From assembly GCA_041657425.1 (NCBI GenBank), contig JBBABY010000004.1, positions 1,377 to 65,376 on the forward strand: DNA of 64,000 nt. Direction: 5' to 3'. The stretch is from an archaeon (GTDB lineage: Archaea; Iainarchaeota; Iainarchaeia; Iainarchaeales; CSSED10-239). A program made the translations under genes and the position numbers. Positions 7,569-17,400 of the stretch are shown here, one piece after another (the stretch's first letter is position 1; each line of letters starts with the position of its first letter). The notes under the pieces are model-generated. The model was not told where the DNA came from, ran no database searches, and saw only the letters and a program-made list of their open reading frames with translations.

Positions 7569-9785
7569 TCATCTCTTTTTTTTAACCTCAGTTACTTTTT
7601 TTACTACTGACTTAATGTTTTTCTTTGACTTTTCTTCTTTTTCTATTACTTGTTGCTTTAAATGTGAAGGAATTGGCTTTCCTTTCTCTTCTATTGCGTT
7701 TATTTCTTTAAGATAGCTTTTCTTCATATCTTCGTATGTAAATTTACTTATGTGGCCTTCTGAAAGTTTTTGCTCAAGTTCAAGAAGTGCTTTTTGTATC
7801 TTGCCTTTCTTACTATTGTATCTTTCTAGTTCTATAACTATCGATATTATAATAAGAAAAAGACCTGCTACAATTACATAAAGAATAGTTGTATTTTTTT
7901 GGTCTTTGTCTTTGGAATAAACATATACTTTTTCTGTAGTGTTATTAGGTTTAGATGAAGTGTTGTTTTCGGAAACAACCTTTTTATTTTTGTTATCCAC
8001 TACTTCTACAACAATGTTTCCTGCATTATTATAGTACTCGTGAACTAAGTTTTCAACAATATATAGTTCATTTGAAAGACTAACAACAGAGTAAGCGGTT
8101 TTAATTGCACCATCTGCTTTTGTTGTATTCTTGTTTTTATAATATAAATAATTTTTATAATAGAAAAGACCGTGATCATAATACAATTTTGACCAAACAT
8201 TTATGCTTTCTGAATTTGCTTTTGGAGTTTTAAGAATTGATAATTCATTATAACTGATTAAAAATACATTTTCATCAAATGATTCTTTATCTACTTCTTT
8301 TCTTGAAAGCAATATCCCTTTAGCTGAAGCTGCATCATAAAGAGCAGTAACATACCAACCCATTTCATAATTTGTTTTTGCAGCATTTAATCTTCTTAAA
8401 ATATCTTCATCTTTTGCAGCGGCCGCATCTAAAAGAACTATCTCGTTTTCTATATCCACAATATATTTTTGAGCCAAATCCTTAAACTCGCTACTTTCTA
8501 CAAAATTAGGACTATTATTATTCATTCCAGCATCTAAGAAATCATTAGCAATTTCTATCCATGCAAGTGCATAACTGTAATCCATTATTTTATCTACTGG
8601 TGCTGACGTAGCTGAAGGACTAGCTTTTATATTTTTAATTTTATTCTTTGCCCAAACAATCCTTTGTTTTGCACTTATACACCATTCAAGTCTATCTAAA
8701 GAACAGAACTTTGATCTATTTTCTGTTAAAGTAATTTTATTTTCTACTTCTTGTATTCTCAGGTTATAGATAGTAGAATCCTCTGACATTATTGAGGGAT
8801 TATTAACTATTTCATCAATTGTTATAAGATATGTCTTTGCTAAAAATGCTTCATTAGCTGCGGTGTACATATAATTATTTGCAGAATATTTTTTTGCTTG
8901 AGTTATTGCTTCTTTTGAATAATCCACTAAAGATAATAGACTTTGGACAATTGAACTATCTTTTATTTTACTATTATTTATACTATCTTCTGTTCTTGAA
9001 AGAATATTATTTGCATCAATTAAATATTTATCTACAATTCCTCTCATTGGAGTTAAAGCAACAGAATATTCAATTGTTTCTGGAATATATTCATCTTTTT
9101 CTATTGCAGCAGTATTATTAATATCAATATTTGCTATATCCATTACTGCGTATTTTTTTATATCTTCAATAGTTTCTACTTCCACTACTTTTAATCCCCA
9201 AGTAGTATAAGCATACTCTGGGAGATCAACCAATTGTGAATTTCCAGAATCATTAGTTATTGCTTGTCTTCTGCTTCCTGCAGGTATCATAAATAATTTA
9301 ATTCCCACATCATTTGCTTTTTTTGCTTTTGCAGCAATTCCACCAACATCTCCAACATAACCATCTTCGGTAATTGTTCCAGTAATGCTTACTTTTCCTG
9401 ATAGATCTTTATCATTTAACATTGAAGTAATCAATAAAGCCATTGCAGCACCTGCAGATGGGCCATCAATACTACTTGCAACAGATTGTATTTCAAAAAA
9501 ATAATCATATTTATCTTTAGCTTCAGGATTTATTCTTTCCGCAGCATTAACTGCATTTCGTTCTGATTCTTGGGTTGTTGAACCAACTTGAGCATTTACA
9601 TTTGAAAATACTTTTCCAGTTCCTGGTTTAATCTCAATAACCAAATTTGCATCCATTCCTGTATTTGTTGAATTAACTGCAAATATCTTCATTTGCGCCT
9701 TTGGCAAGTATGCAAAAATGCTTGTTGACATTAATATTAAAAATATAAATACAAATATTATTTTTTTATTCATTTTTTTACCCAT
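7569..9785 (-). CDS. Secreted or membrane-anchored S16 (Lon C-terminal domain) serine peptidase with a long helical region, a C-terminal TM helix and a coiled-coil tail.
   Basis: There is an N-terminal signal/TM segment (IIFVFIFLILMSTSIFA). The catalytic Ser context is SIDGPSAGAAMALL. The Lys context is VGGIAAKAKKA. No AAA+ domain is present. The C-terminal TM segment is ILYVIVAGLFLIIISIVI. Confidence 0.7.
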   Translation of the reverse strand: MGKKMNKKIIFVFIFLILMSTSIFAYLPKAQMKIFAVNSTNTGMDANLVIEIKPGTGKVFSNVNAQVGSTTQESERNAVNAAERINPEAKDKYDYFFEIQSVASSIDGPSAGAAMALLITSMLNDKDLSGKVSITGTITEDGYVGDVGGIAAKAKKANDVGIKLFMIPAGSRRQAITNDSGNSQLVDLPEYAYTTWGLKVVEVETIEDIKKYAVMDIANIDINNTAAIEKDEYIPETIEYSVALTPMRGIVDKYLIDANNILSRTEDSINNSKIKDSSIVQSLLSLVDYSKEAITQAKKYSANNYMYTAANEAFLAKTYLITIDEIVNNPSIMSEDSTIYNLRIQEVENKITLTENRSKFCSLDRLEWCISAKQRIVWAKNKIKNIKASPSATSAPVDKIMDYSYALAWIEIANDFLDAGMNNNSPNFVESSEFKDLAQKYIVDIENEIVLLDAAAAKDEDILRRLNAAKTNYEMGWYVTALYDAASAKGILLSRKEVDKESFDENVFLISYNELSILKTPKANSESINVWSKLYYDHGLFYYKNYLYYKNKNTTKADGAIKTAYSVVSLSNELYIVENLVHEYYNNAGNIVVEVVDNKNKKVVSENNTSSKPNNTTEKVYVYSKDKDQKNTTILYVIVAGLFLIIISIVIELERYNSKKGKIQKALLELEQKLSEGHISKFTYEDMKKSYLKEINAIEEKGKPIPSHLKQQVIEKEEKSKKNIKSVVKKVTEVKKKR

Positions 9786-10286
9786 TTAATTTATTTTCTT
9801 TTGTTCAAAGCTTGGCTTTATTTTTTTATTATATAACACATCAAATTTCTTTGTAGTTTCTAAAATATTTTTTCTGCCCTTCTTATAAACTTGTATTAAC
9901 CCAAGTTCTTTTAAAGTTGGAAGATGATCAATTGGCCTTCTTTTAGTTATTTTATATTGCTCAACCGGACTGTTTAGAGCAATTAATGCTAAAGTGTTAA
10001 GTTCTGACTTCGTTAATTGCTTACCAACTGCAAACAGACTATACTTTGCAAATTCTGGTTTTAATAACATTTCTGCGGAATCTTCATCAACTATAATTTT
10101 TATTGAAGTATTTCTTTTTTCATATTCTTCTAATAAATCTGCTATGATTATCTTTATAGTTTCTTTATCTGCTTCTGGGAAACTCTTTTCTAGTTTCTTA
10201 ATTGGAATGCTTCTTGGGCTCATAAATAGTATTGCTTCAATTGCACACTTAATGTCTTCAATATTTTTAGATTTTGGTTTGTCCAT
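9786..10286 (-). CDS. scpB: Segregation and condensation protein B (ScpB).
   Basis: IEAILFMSPRSIPIKKLEK is a typical ScpB N-terminal winged-helix opening, and a second wHTH-like half is present. Size is 166 aa. The stop abuts the ATG of the next gene. Confidence 0.7.
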   Translation of the reverse strand: MDKPKSKNIEDIKCAIEAILFMSPRSIPIKKLEKSFPEADKETIKIIIADLLEEYEKRNTSIKIIVDEDSAEMLLKPEFAKYSLFAVGKQLTKSELNTLALIALNSPVEQYKITKRRPIDHLPTLKELGLIQVYKKGRKNILETTKKFDVLYNKKIKPSFEQKKIN

Positions 10287-10339
10287 TATATCTCACACTT
10301 CATTAATAATAACTATAAATTGCTTTTAAAATACTTTCT

Positions 10340-11704
10340 TTATTTGATTTTGCTTGTTGGAACAAGTGCCCTATAATGAGAATGCCAATCTGGGCCCCAT
10401 TTTTCTCTTGCATTTCTATAGTCTTTAATCATTTCGTTTATATGAGGAACTAATTTATCTTTAAGTCCTGCAAGTGTATTATCTTTCAAATAATGATTAT
10501 TTGATGCTTCTAAAATTAAATCTATAATTTCTGATTCTTCCAATCGAATTTCATAATAAATTGCAAATGTCTCTTCACTCGATAATTCTTTTATTTGAGA
10601 TCGTTCTATAATTCTTTTTTCCCTGCGTTTATTGGCTATTGAGCCAAGAGCAAGTCTTTCCATAATTTCTGGAATGTGTGGAAATATATAATTTATCCAT
10701 TCTTTTAAATAATTGGTACTACTGTTATAAAAAAAATCAGAATCAATAACACATATTTTGAAATCAGAATATCGAAATCTCTCTTTTGTAGATAACATTT
10801 TACTTAATTGCACATCTGTAAAACAAGGCAACATTTTTAGTGTGTATTTTGTGTTTATCGCGGGAACTTTACGCCTACTATTCCCGCAATCCATAATAGA
10901 ATCAATTATTTTTTCATTTCCTACATTTGGAAAATTTCTTTTTATTGCAACAAATTTACCCATAAATAATTCCAAAACTCTTGGATACAAGTCTGCTTGA
11001 TTTTCTAATAAATATTTATTTAATTGATTTGTAAAGATATTAATTTCAGATTTATCATCAATATATTTATCTGCAATTAGAAGATATTTAACTGAGAAAT
11101 CAATATATTCTTTAAAATATTTTAATCTCTGGTTCTTTGCAGATTCTAGAAGGGGGTCTACTGTTCGCAAATAGGCAGCAAGTATATGTGGTTTAGTTAC
11201 TGGAATACTCTTTGCACCATCCATAATTAAATCTATTTGCTCGAGGATTGGCTTATGATACACTATTAGTTTAGTTATTTGATATATTGTGTTTTTATTT
11301 ACGGATTTGACTTTATCAGAAATTAGTTTATTTTCTTCTACATTAAGGGTTTCTTTAGTTCTTTCGTATGGAAACATCTTTTCCGCCATAAACAAACTTA
11401 AAAATAATAATTTTTTCTTATAACCTATTGAACTCTTATCAACACGCTTGCGGGATTTAATTGACTGTAATGCTTCTTGTAAGGCATTTATTATAAAATA
11501 TTGATTGTGCTTGATAAAAGAATCCTCACTAGAAGAATCATATATTTCAGACGGATTTTTTAATTTCGATTCTAAGGCTATACGCTTATTATCTTTATTA
11601 ATTGCTTCTAACAGAATGTTTGCTAATTTATCTGTTGCATATTTATATTCTTTGGATTTAATCTTAGATCTGTAATAAAAAAATCTATATATTCTAAAAA
11701 CCAA
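10340..11704 (-). CDS. Hypothetical protein, the downstream ORF of a possible -1 frameshift pair.
   Basis: The ORF is long and has no recognisable domain. The only candidate start is a TTG inside the upstream ORF, giving an 82-nt overlap. Confidence 0.5.
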   Translation of the reverse strand: MVFRIYRFFYYRSKIKSKEYKYATDKLANILLEAINKDNKRIALESKLKNPSEIYDSSSEDSFIKHNQYFIINALQEALQSIKSRKRVDKSSIGYKKKLLFLSLFMAEKMFPYERTKETLNVEENKLISDKVKSVNKNTIYQITKLIVYHKPILEQIDLIMDGAKSIPVTKPHILAAYLRTVDPLLESAKNQRLKYFKEYIDFSVKYLLIADKYIDDKSEINIFTNQLNKYLLENQADLYPRVLELFMGKFVAIKRNFPNVGNEKIIDSIMDCGNSRRKVPAINTKYTLKMLPCFTDVQLSKMLSTKERFRYSDFKICVIDSDFFYNSSTNYLKEWINYIFPHIPEIMERLALGSIANKRREKRIIERSQIKELSSEETFAIYYEIRLEESEIIDLILEASNNHYLKDNTLAGLKDKLVPHINEMIKDYRNAREKWGPDWHSHYRALVPTSKIK

Positions 11705-12369
11705 CGATTGAATTCAGAAGTCTTTAATTCATTCATTTTTTTTAGAAAAGAAATTGTGATATCTAATTGTTCTTTAAATGTTTTTATATTACCGGCTCTT
11801 CCTTGAATTGTAGAGATTAAATATTTAATGTTAGTTTCATTACATAATGTTAAAACTGGTTCTTCTGGATTAAACGAATATTTGTAAAAATATTCTTTAA
11901 ATAATGTTATATAATCAGAAGAAAGACTAATTTTTGATTTCCCGAAATTGCTTTTATTTTTCGAATAAAATGAATTACTTGGATTTTTAATAAAAGAATT
12001 TTCAAAATGGGATTTAGCCTCTATTATTTTTGACCTTCTTTGACCACTCTTTTTATAATGGTTATAATGTACTTTAAGTTCTGCCTCAAATTCATTAATC
12101 TTTTTAGAAGTTGCATTTGGATTTTCTTTGATAAACTGTGATAATTTCTTTTTTAAAAATAAAGTGTCTTCTGTATCTACTAACCAATTAAAAAATTCTT
12201 CAGTTTCTGTTAGTTGTTTCTTAATTGGTTTTCTATATACTAGATAATCTCCTTTTGGAGTTTCTTCTACTCTCTCCTTACTTAATTCTTGACGTTGTTT
12301 TAATTTATCTAACATTAATTGTTGATTTATAGCGCTCTTTTTTGTTTTAATTAGCTTTTGAAAACGCAT
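11623..12369 (-). CDS. Hypothetical protein, the upstream ORF of a possible -1 frameshift pair.
   Basis: The 248-aa ORF has no recognisable domain. It ends 54 nt after a T7 run (A7 on the plus strand, 11677..11683). Confidence 0.5.
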   Translation of the reverse strand: MRFQKLIKTKKSAINQQLMLDKLKQRQELSKERVEETPKGDYLVYRKPIKKQLTETEEFFNWLVDTEDTLFLKKKLSQFIKENPNATSKKINEFEAELKVHYNHYKKSGQRRSKIIEAKSHFENSFIKNPSNSFYSKNKSNFGKSKISLSSDYITLFKEYFYKYSFNPEEPVLTLCNETNIKYLISTIQGRAGNIKTFKEQLDITISFLKKMNELKTSEFNRWFLEYIDFFITDLRLNPKNINMQQIN

Positions 12370-12390
12370 AGTTAATCAAGACATTAGTTT

Positions 12391-13062
12391 CTATAAAACT
12401 TTAATAAATATCTCAGAAAAGAACTCTTCTTGCCAAGCATCTATCTTCTTGTCTTGAACAAGGAATAACATGGGAATAAAATAGTTTTCTACAACTAAGT
12501 ATGGATCTTTTGTGTTTTTTGTAAACTTAGAGAAAAGAACCATATTGTAAGAATCTGTATTTGCAATTATTTCTGCTAATAAATTTTCACTTCTTTCTGT
12601 GAAATCAACAGTTTTCTTTGGTAAAATAAATTCTAATTCTTTTTTTTCCTTTATTCTTTTTTCTATATTCTTCTTGATTGGAGCACTCATCATAATATCA
12701 ATAACGTCAATTAATTCATCTAAACTTACTTGCCCTTCTTTTAATCTCATAGGTGTGTTTAAATCTACTGAGTTACTTAAAATGTAGTTGTCTTCTGTTA
12801 ATAACTTTAATTCCTCTTCATTTTCTTCTGTATTTGTAAGTTTTAAAGAATATGCTTTTAATTTAAGAAGAATTGCTGCTGCTAATAATGCGTTAGCAGG
12901 AACTATTAGGTTTTCTTCCTTTAATGCTTTTATTTTCTCTAGATATAACTCAATTAGTTTAAATAAATCAATACTCCAGATGTTTAATTCATTAGATTTT
13001 ACCAAATCATAAAGAATAATTTTCCAATTTGGTTGGTCTATGATGTTTATTAATTGGTCCAT
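12391..13062 (-). CDS. scpA: Segregation and condensation protein A (ScpA, kleisin).
   Basis: The N-terminus WKIILYDLVKSNELNIWSIDLFKLIELYL...ANALLAAAILLKLKA matches the ScpA family pattern. Confidence 0.7.
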   Translation of the reverse strand: MDQLINIIDQPNWKIILYDLVKSNELNIWSIDLFKLIELYLEKIKALKEENLIVPANALLAAAILLKLKAYSLKLTNTEENEEELKLLTEDNYILSNSVDLNTPMRLKEGQVSLDELIDVIDIMMSAPIKKNIEKRIKEKKELEFILPKKTVDFTERSENLLAEIIANTDSYNMVLFSKFTKNTKDPYLVVENYFIPMLFLVQDKKIDAWQEEFFSEIFIKVL

Positions 13063-13093
13063 AATCTATTCTGTTTTATTTATTATAGTTTAA

Positions 13094-14425
13094 CTATCCA
13101 ATATACACAACTTTTACCATATCTTCAGCTATATGTATTTTATCCATTGCAGTTACTGTAATTGTGTAATTCCCTTTTTCACTGAAATAATCTGCAGTAT
13201 TTATAGTTAAATCACAAGAAGTTGATTTTACTGGTTTTTCACGAATTGTCCAATTACAAGTTACTGATTTATCGTGATGATCATATATTGCAATTAAATT
13301 TAAAGTTTTTGATGTGATTGGTTCTTGCTCTACAGGATTATAAATTTTTACTGTAAAATCGTTAGCATTATTTATTGTTATAGTTCTTTTTTCTGTAGTA
13401 ACTACACTTCCACAACTATCTGTAATTATTGCAAATATTTCCAGTCTTCCTTCTGGTAAGGTATCTATTGAAGTATCACAAGGATTTACAGAAAAATCTT
13501 TTATTAATGTTTTTTCGTTATTATAATACCATGCACAAGTGGTAATTCCGTAATTTAAATCGAAAGTGGATTTTAATGGTACCGGTTGAGTATATTCAAA
13601 TTTTGATTTTTCAACAGGAGCTAAAAGAGTTGCATTCATATTTGATTTAATAGTTATATTTTTTGTATTAGTATCTGTTTGACCAGTTGCTAATCTTGTA
13701 GAATTTACTGTTATTGTTTGAGCACCACATCTTGGAAGAGGTTTTATAAAATAACAAGTAGGTGTTCCTATAGGAGTAATTGCCCCACCTATACTTGAAG
13801 ACCAAGAACAATTATAATCTGTTTCTGGATTATAAGATGCAGGAATTGATGATGCATTAAATATAATATTTTCTATCGGAGTAAATTGTGCGTTAGTTGT
13901 TGGATTATTTATTTTAATACTAAATGGCGAATTTGAAATTACAAAACTTACATGTTTTGTTAAGGTACTATTTGTATCAGTTGCATTTACTGTAATAATA
14001 TGGCTGCCAACAGTCAAATTTCTACTAAAATTACAAGTATCTCCTAAAGTAGGAGTGATTGTTCCACTTTCATTTGAATCCCAAACACAAGTTACTGGCC
14101 CAACATTATTATCATAAGTTATATTAAAATTAATTTGATTACTAGGAGTATAATTTCCTTCATTAACTGGAGATATAAGATTAATATTAAATATTGATGT
14201 TGGTGTTGGTGGGCTAACTACTTCATTAGTTGTATTGCCATCAATTGAACTTACGAAATCATCAACTAATTTATCCATTCCGCCATTTGTATTTCCTGAA
14301 TCTTTAATATTATTGTTTAAATGATTAGTATAAAACATTCCAAAAATAATTACACCTACAACTAACATACCCATAATGATTAATATTTCTAAAGAGCCTT
14401 GCCCTTTTCTATTTTTATTTAACAT
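13094..14425 (-). CDS. Archaeal type IV pilin-like protein (class III signal peptide) with four Ig-like repeats.
   Basis: The N-terminus is MLNKNRKGQGSLEILIIMGMLVVGVIIFG. There are four repeats of about 85 aa, each with a conserved Cys pair (C.W.S..G.ITP....C.F......G...ITVNA.D). Confidence 0.7.
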   Translation of the reverse strand: MLNKNRKGQGSLEILIIMGMLVVGVIIFGMFYTNHLNNNIKDSGNTNGGMDKLVDDFVSSIDGNTTNEVVSPPTPTSIFNINLISPVNEGNYTPSNQINFNITYDNNVGPVTCVWDSNESGTITPTLGDTCNFSRNLTVGSHIITVNATDTNSTLTKHVSFVISNSPFSIKINNPTTNAQFTPIENIIFNASSIPASYNPETDYNCSWSSSIGGAITPIGTPTCYFIKPLPRCGAQTITVNSTRLATGQTDTNTKNITIKSNMNATLLAPVEKSKFEYTQPVPLKSTFDLNYGITTCAWYYNNEKTLIKDFSVNPCDTSIDTLPEGRLEIFAIITDSCGSVVTTEKRTITINNANDFTVKIYNPVEQEPITSKTLNLIAIYDHHDKSVTCNWTIREKPVKSTSCDLTINTADYFSEKGNYTITVTAMDKIHIAEDMVKVVYIG

Positions 14426-14448
14426 TAATTATCAATTATTATATTTGT

Positions 14449-17400
14449 TTACTGAGGTGGTATTTGCTGTAAATATGGATAACCGTTATTTATACTTGGA
14501 TTAAATGCCCAAATAGTTGTAAAATTCCACCCACTATTAGATGGAAATTGTGATGAATTTTTTAATGCTTCTGTAGTTACTCCTGCCGCTCCACTTGGAC
14601 TACTTGTTTGTAAAGATGCAGTTCTATCCCAAACATTTCTGGAACCAGAAACTGATGTTCCTGAAAATCCTTTATCAACTGGACTATTGCCGCCATTATA
14701 AATTACTCTACCAATTGAATAACTATTATAATTCGTTGATTGACTTAAATCAGGATAACCATAACCAATAAAACCTCCAAGAGTAATTTCACTTCCACTT
14801 TTACGAGTAACATCTCCAAGAGAATAACAGTTTCCTATAGTTGCTAAACGATTACTTCCCACAAACCCACCAACAAAACTATTCCCAATAACATCCCCTG
14901 TAGAATAACAAGAATAAATACCATCAGTCGCTGTAGAAAAATCATACTCTCCAATAAATCCCCCTACATTGCTAGATCCAGAAACCATACACTCAGAATA
15001 ACTTAAAGAAATAAGGCCACCTTCAGAATAACCAATTAAACCACCTACGCCTTGTGCTATTGAACTAACATTTCCAGTAGAATGACTTTTAGAAATTTTT
15101 ACACCAGAGCCACGCCCTATTAAACCACCTACATTATCACTATTAATATTACCAGAAACATTGCCATCAAAAATACAATTAGAAATATTTCCAAACTCAC
15201 TTTCTCCAACTAAACCTCCTCCCCTAACCCCTGTTACAAAAACAACACCTGTAGAATTAATATCTGAGATTGTGCCACCATAATTATAACCTACTAAACC
15301 ACCTACATAAGAACTGCCTGTAGCATTAATGTCTTCTAAAGTCAAATTTTTTATTTTTGAATTAGTGCCAATTATTCCAAATAATCCAACATAACTTGGA
15401 GTTCTATTAATATATAAATTTTTTATTGTGTGACCATTTCCATCAAAAGTTCCATTAAATGAATTTCCAAAGGCACCTATTGGTAACCATCCATTTCCAA
15501 TGTTATATGGACTTACACCTAAATCTATATCTGCACCAAGTATATAAGATTTATTTAAATCATTTCTTACATTATTTAAGTCAGTAGCTGTTAAAATAAT
15601 TATTGGTGGTGGAAGTATATATTCGAAAGTTAATATTCTACTATCAAATCCTTCTTTACATCCTATTGCTTTTATTATTGTTGTTCCTATACTTATTGCT
15701 ATTGGAGAGGAATAGGATGTTCCCGAATCACAAACAGGATTACTACCATTTATAGTATAATAAATTACTCCATCCTCTGAAGAAGATAAAGTTATACTTA
15801 AAGATGATACATTATAAGTTCCTGGTAAAGGATTAGAAGTGACAGACACTGTTGGTTGTGGTGGTATTTGCTTTAAATAAGGATAACCGTTATTTATACT
15901 TGGATTGATTGCCCAAATAGTTGTAAAATTCCATCCTAAATTCTGAAAGGAATCTATATTTTGCATAGCTTCATTTGAGAGTCCTGTTGCTACACTTGGG
16001 CTTGTTGATTGTAAAGAAGTGTCAATATTCCAAAAATTCATTCCAGAAGAAATAACTGTAGTTCCTGAAAATCCTCTATTAATTGGTTTTCCAGAATCAC
16101 TTTCATAAATTACTTTTCCTGTTGAATAACAGTTATTAATCTCTGCATCTATTGAACTTTGTCCAATAAATCCTCCAAAATGTTCATTACTTATTGATGC
16201 TAATTGACGTGTCACATTTCCTGTCGAATAACTATTCTTTATTTCTTTTACTAAACAACCAAAAGAAGCATCAACATATATACCAACTAAACCACCCACT
16301 TCAAAACGACCAGAAACATTTCCAGTAGAATAACTACTGTCTATGGTTGCCGCACAATGATTAAAACCTACTAATCCCCCGACATAAGTGGAACCAATAA
16401 CTTCAGTTTTAGAATAACTATTGCTAATTAGTCCTACATTTACACCAACTAAACCACCCATATCCTCTCCTGAAAAATACTGAGCATTTATTTGATTTCC
16501 AGAAACATTTCCTATAGAATTACTCTTAGAAATTGTTCCATAATTAATACCAACTAAACCACCAACCTCTAAGTCCCCGAAAACATTTCCATTAAAATTA
16601 CTTAAAGAAATGGACCCTTCAATTAAATTCCCAATTAAACCACCTACATAATTTTTTCCATTAACCTCTCCTGTCGAATAACTTGAAGAAATTATTCCAT
16701 TATTATTCCTACCAATTAAACTTCCTACACTATCGTTTCCAATAATATTTACATTTTCTAATTTTACATTACTTATAATAGCCCCATCATCTATATATCC
16801 AAATAATCCAACATAATTTGCAATTGGTCTATTAATATATAAATTACTTATTGTATGGCCATTACCATCAAAAGATCCTGTAAATGGATGATTATCTACA
16901 CCTATTGGTTCCCAGCCAAGCCCCGAATTATAAAGAGTTACATCTAAATCTATATCTTGCCCTAAAAGATAATATAAACTAGGAGCATCTCTTATATTAA
17001 AAAGCTCTTTTGGAGTACAAATTACAAATGGACTTGCTGCTGTGCCTAAACCTCCACTTTGGCACGCAATAATTATATAATTAAAAGTTGCAGTAGTACT
17101 TGCAGTCCATCCTGCCAAGAATGCTTTTGCTTTTAAGGTTTTTGTTGAATTTATTTGTATTGGAGTGGTATATTGAGTACTAGTTTCAATCGGTTCTGTT
17201 CCATCAAGAGTATATCTGATTGTTGCACCAGTTGTTACTGTATTTAAAGTTACTGATTGAGCAAAAAGATGTGTGCCGGATACTGGAATTGCAGTTGGAG
17301 TTGCAACAATCTCTGGTGCTTCTGGTGTATAAATAAAAGTTGCTACAGAACTATTGGTCATTCCTGTCTTTATTGCTATTGCTTTTATTGTTGGGTAAGA

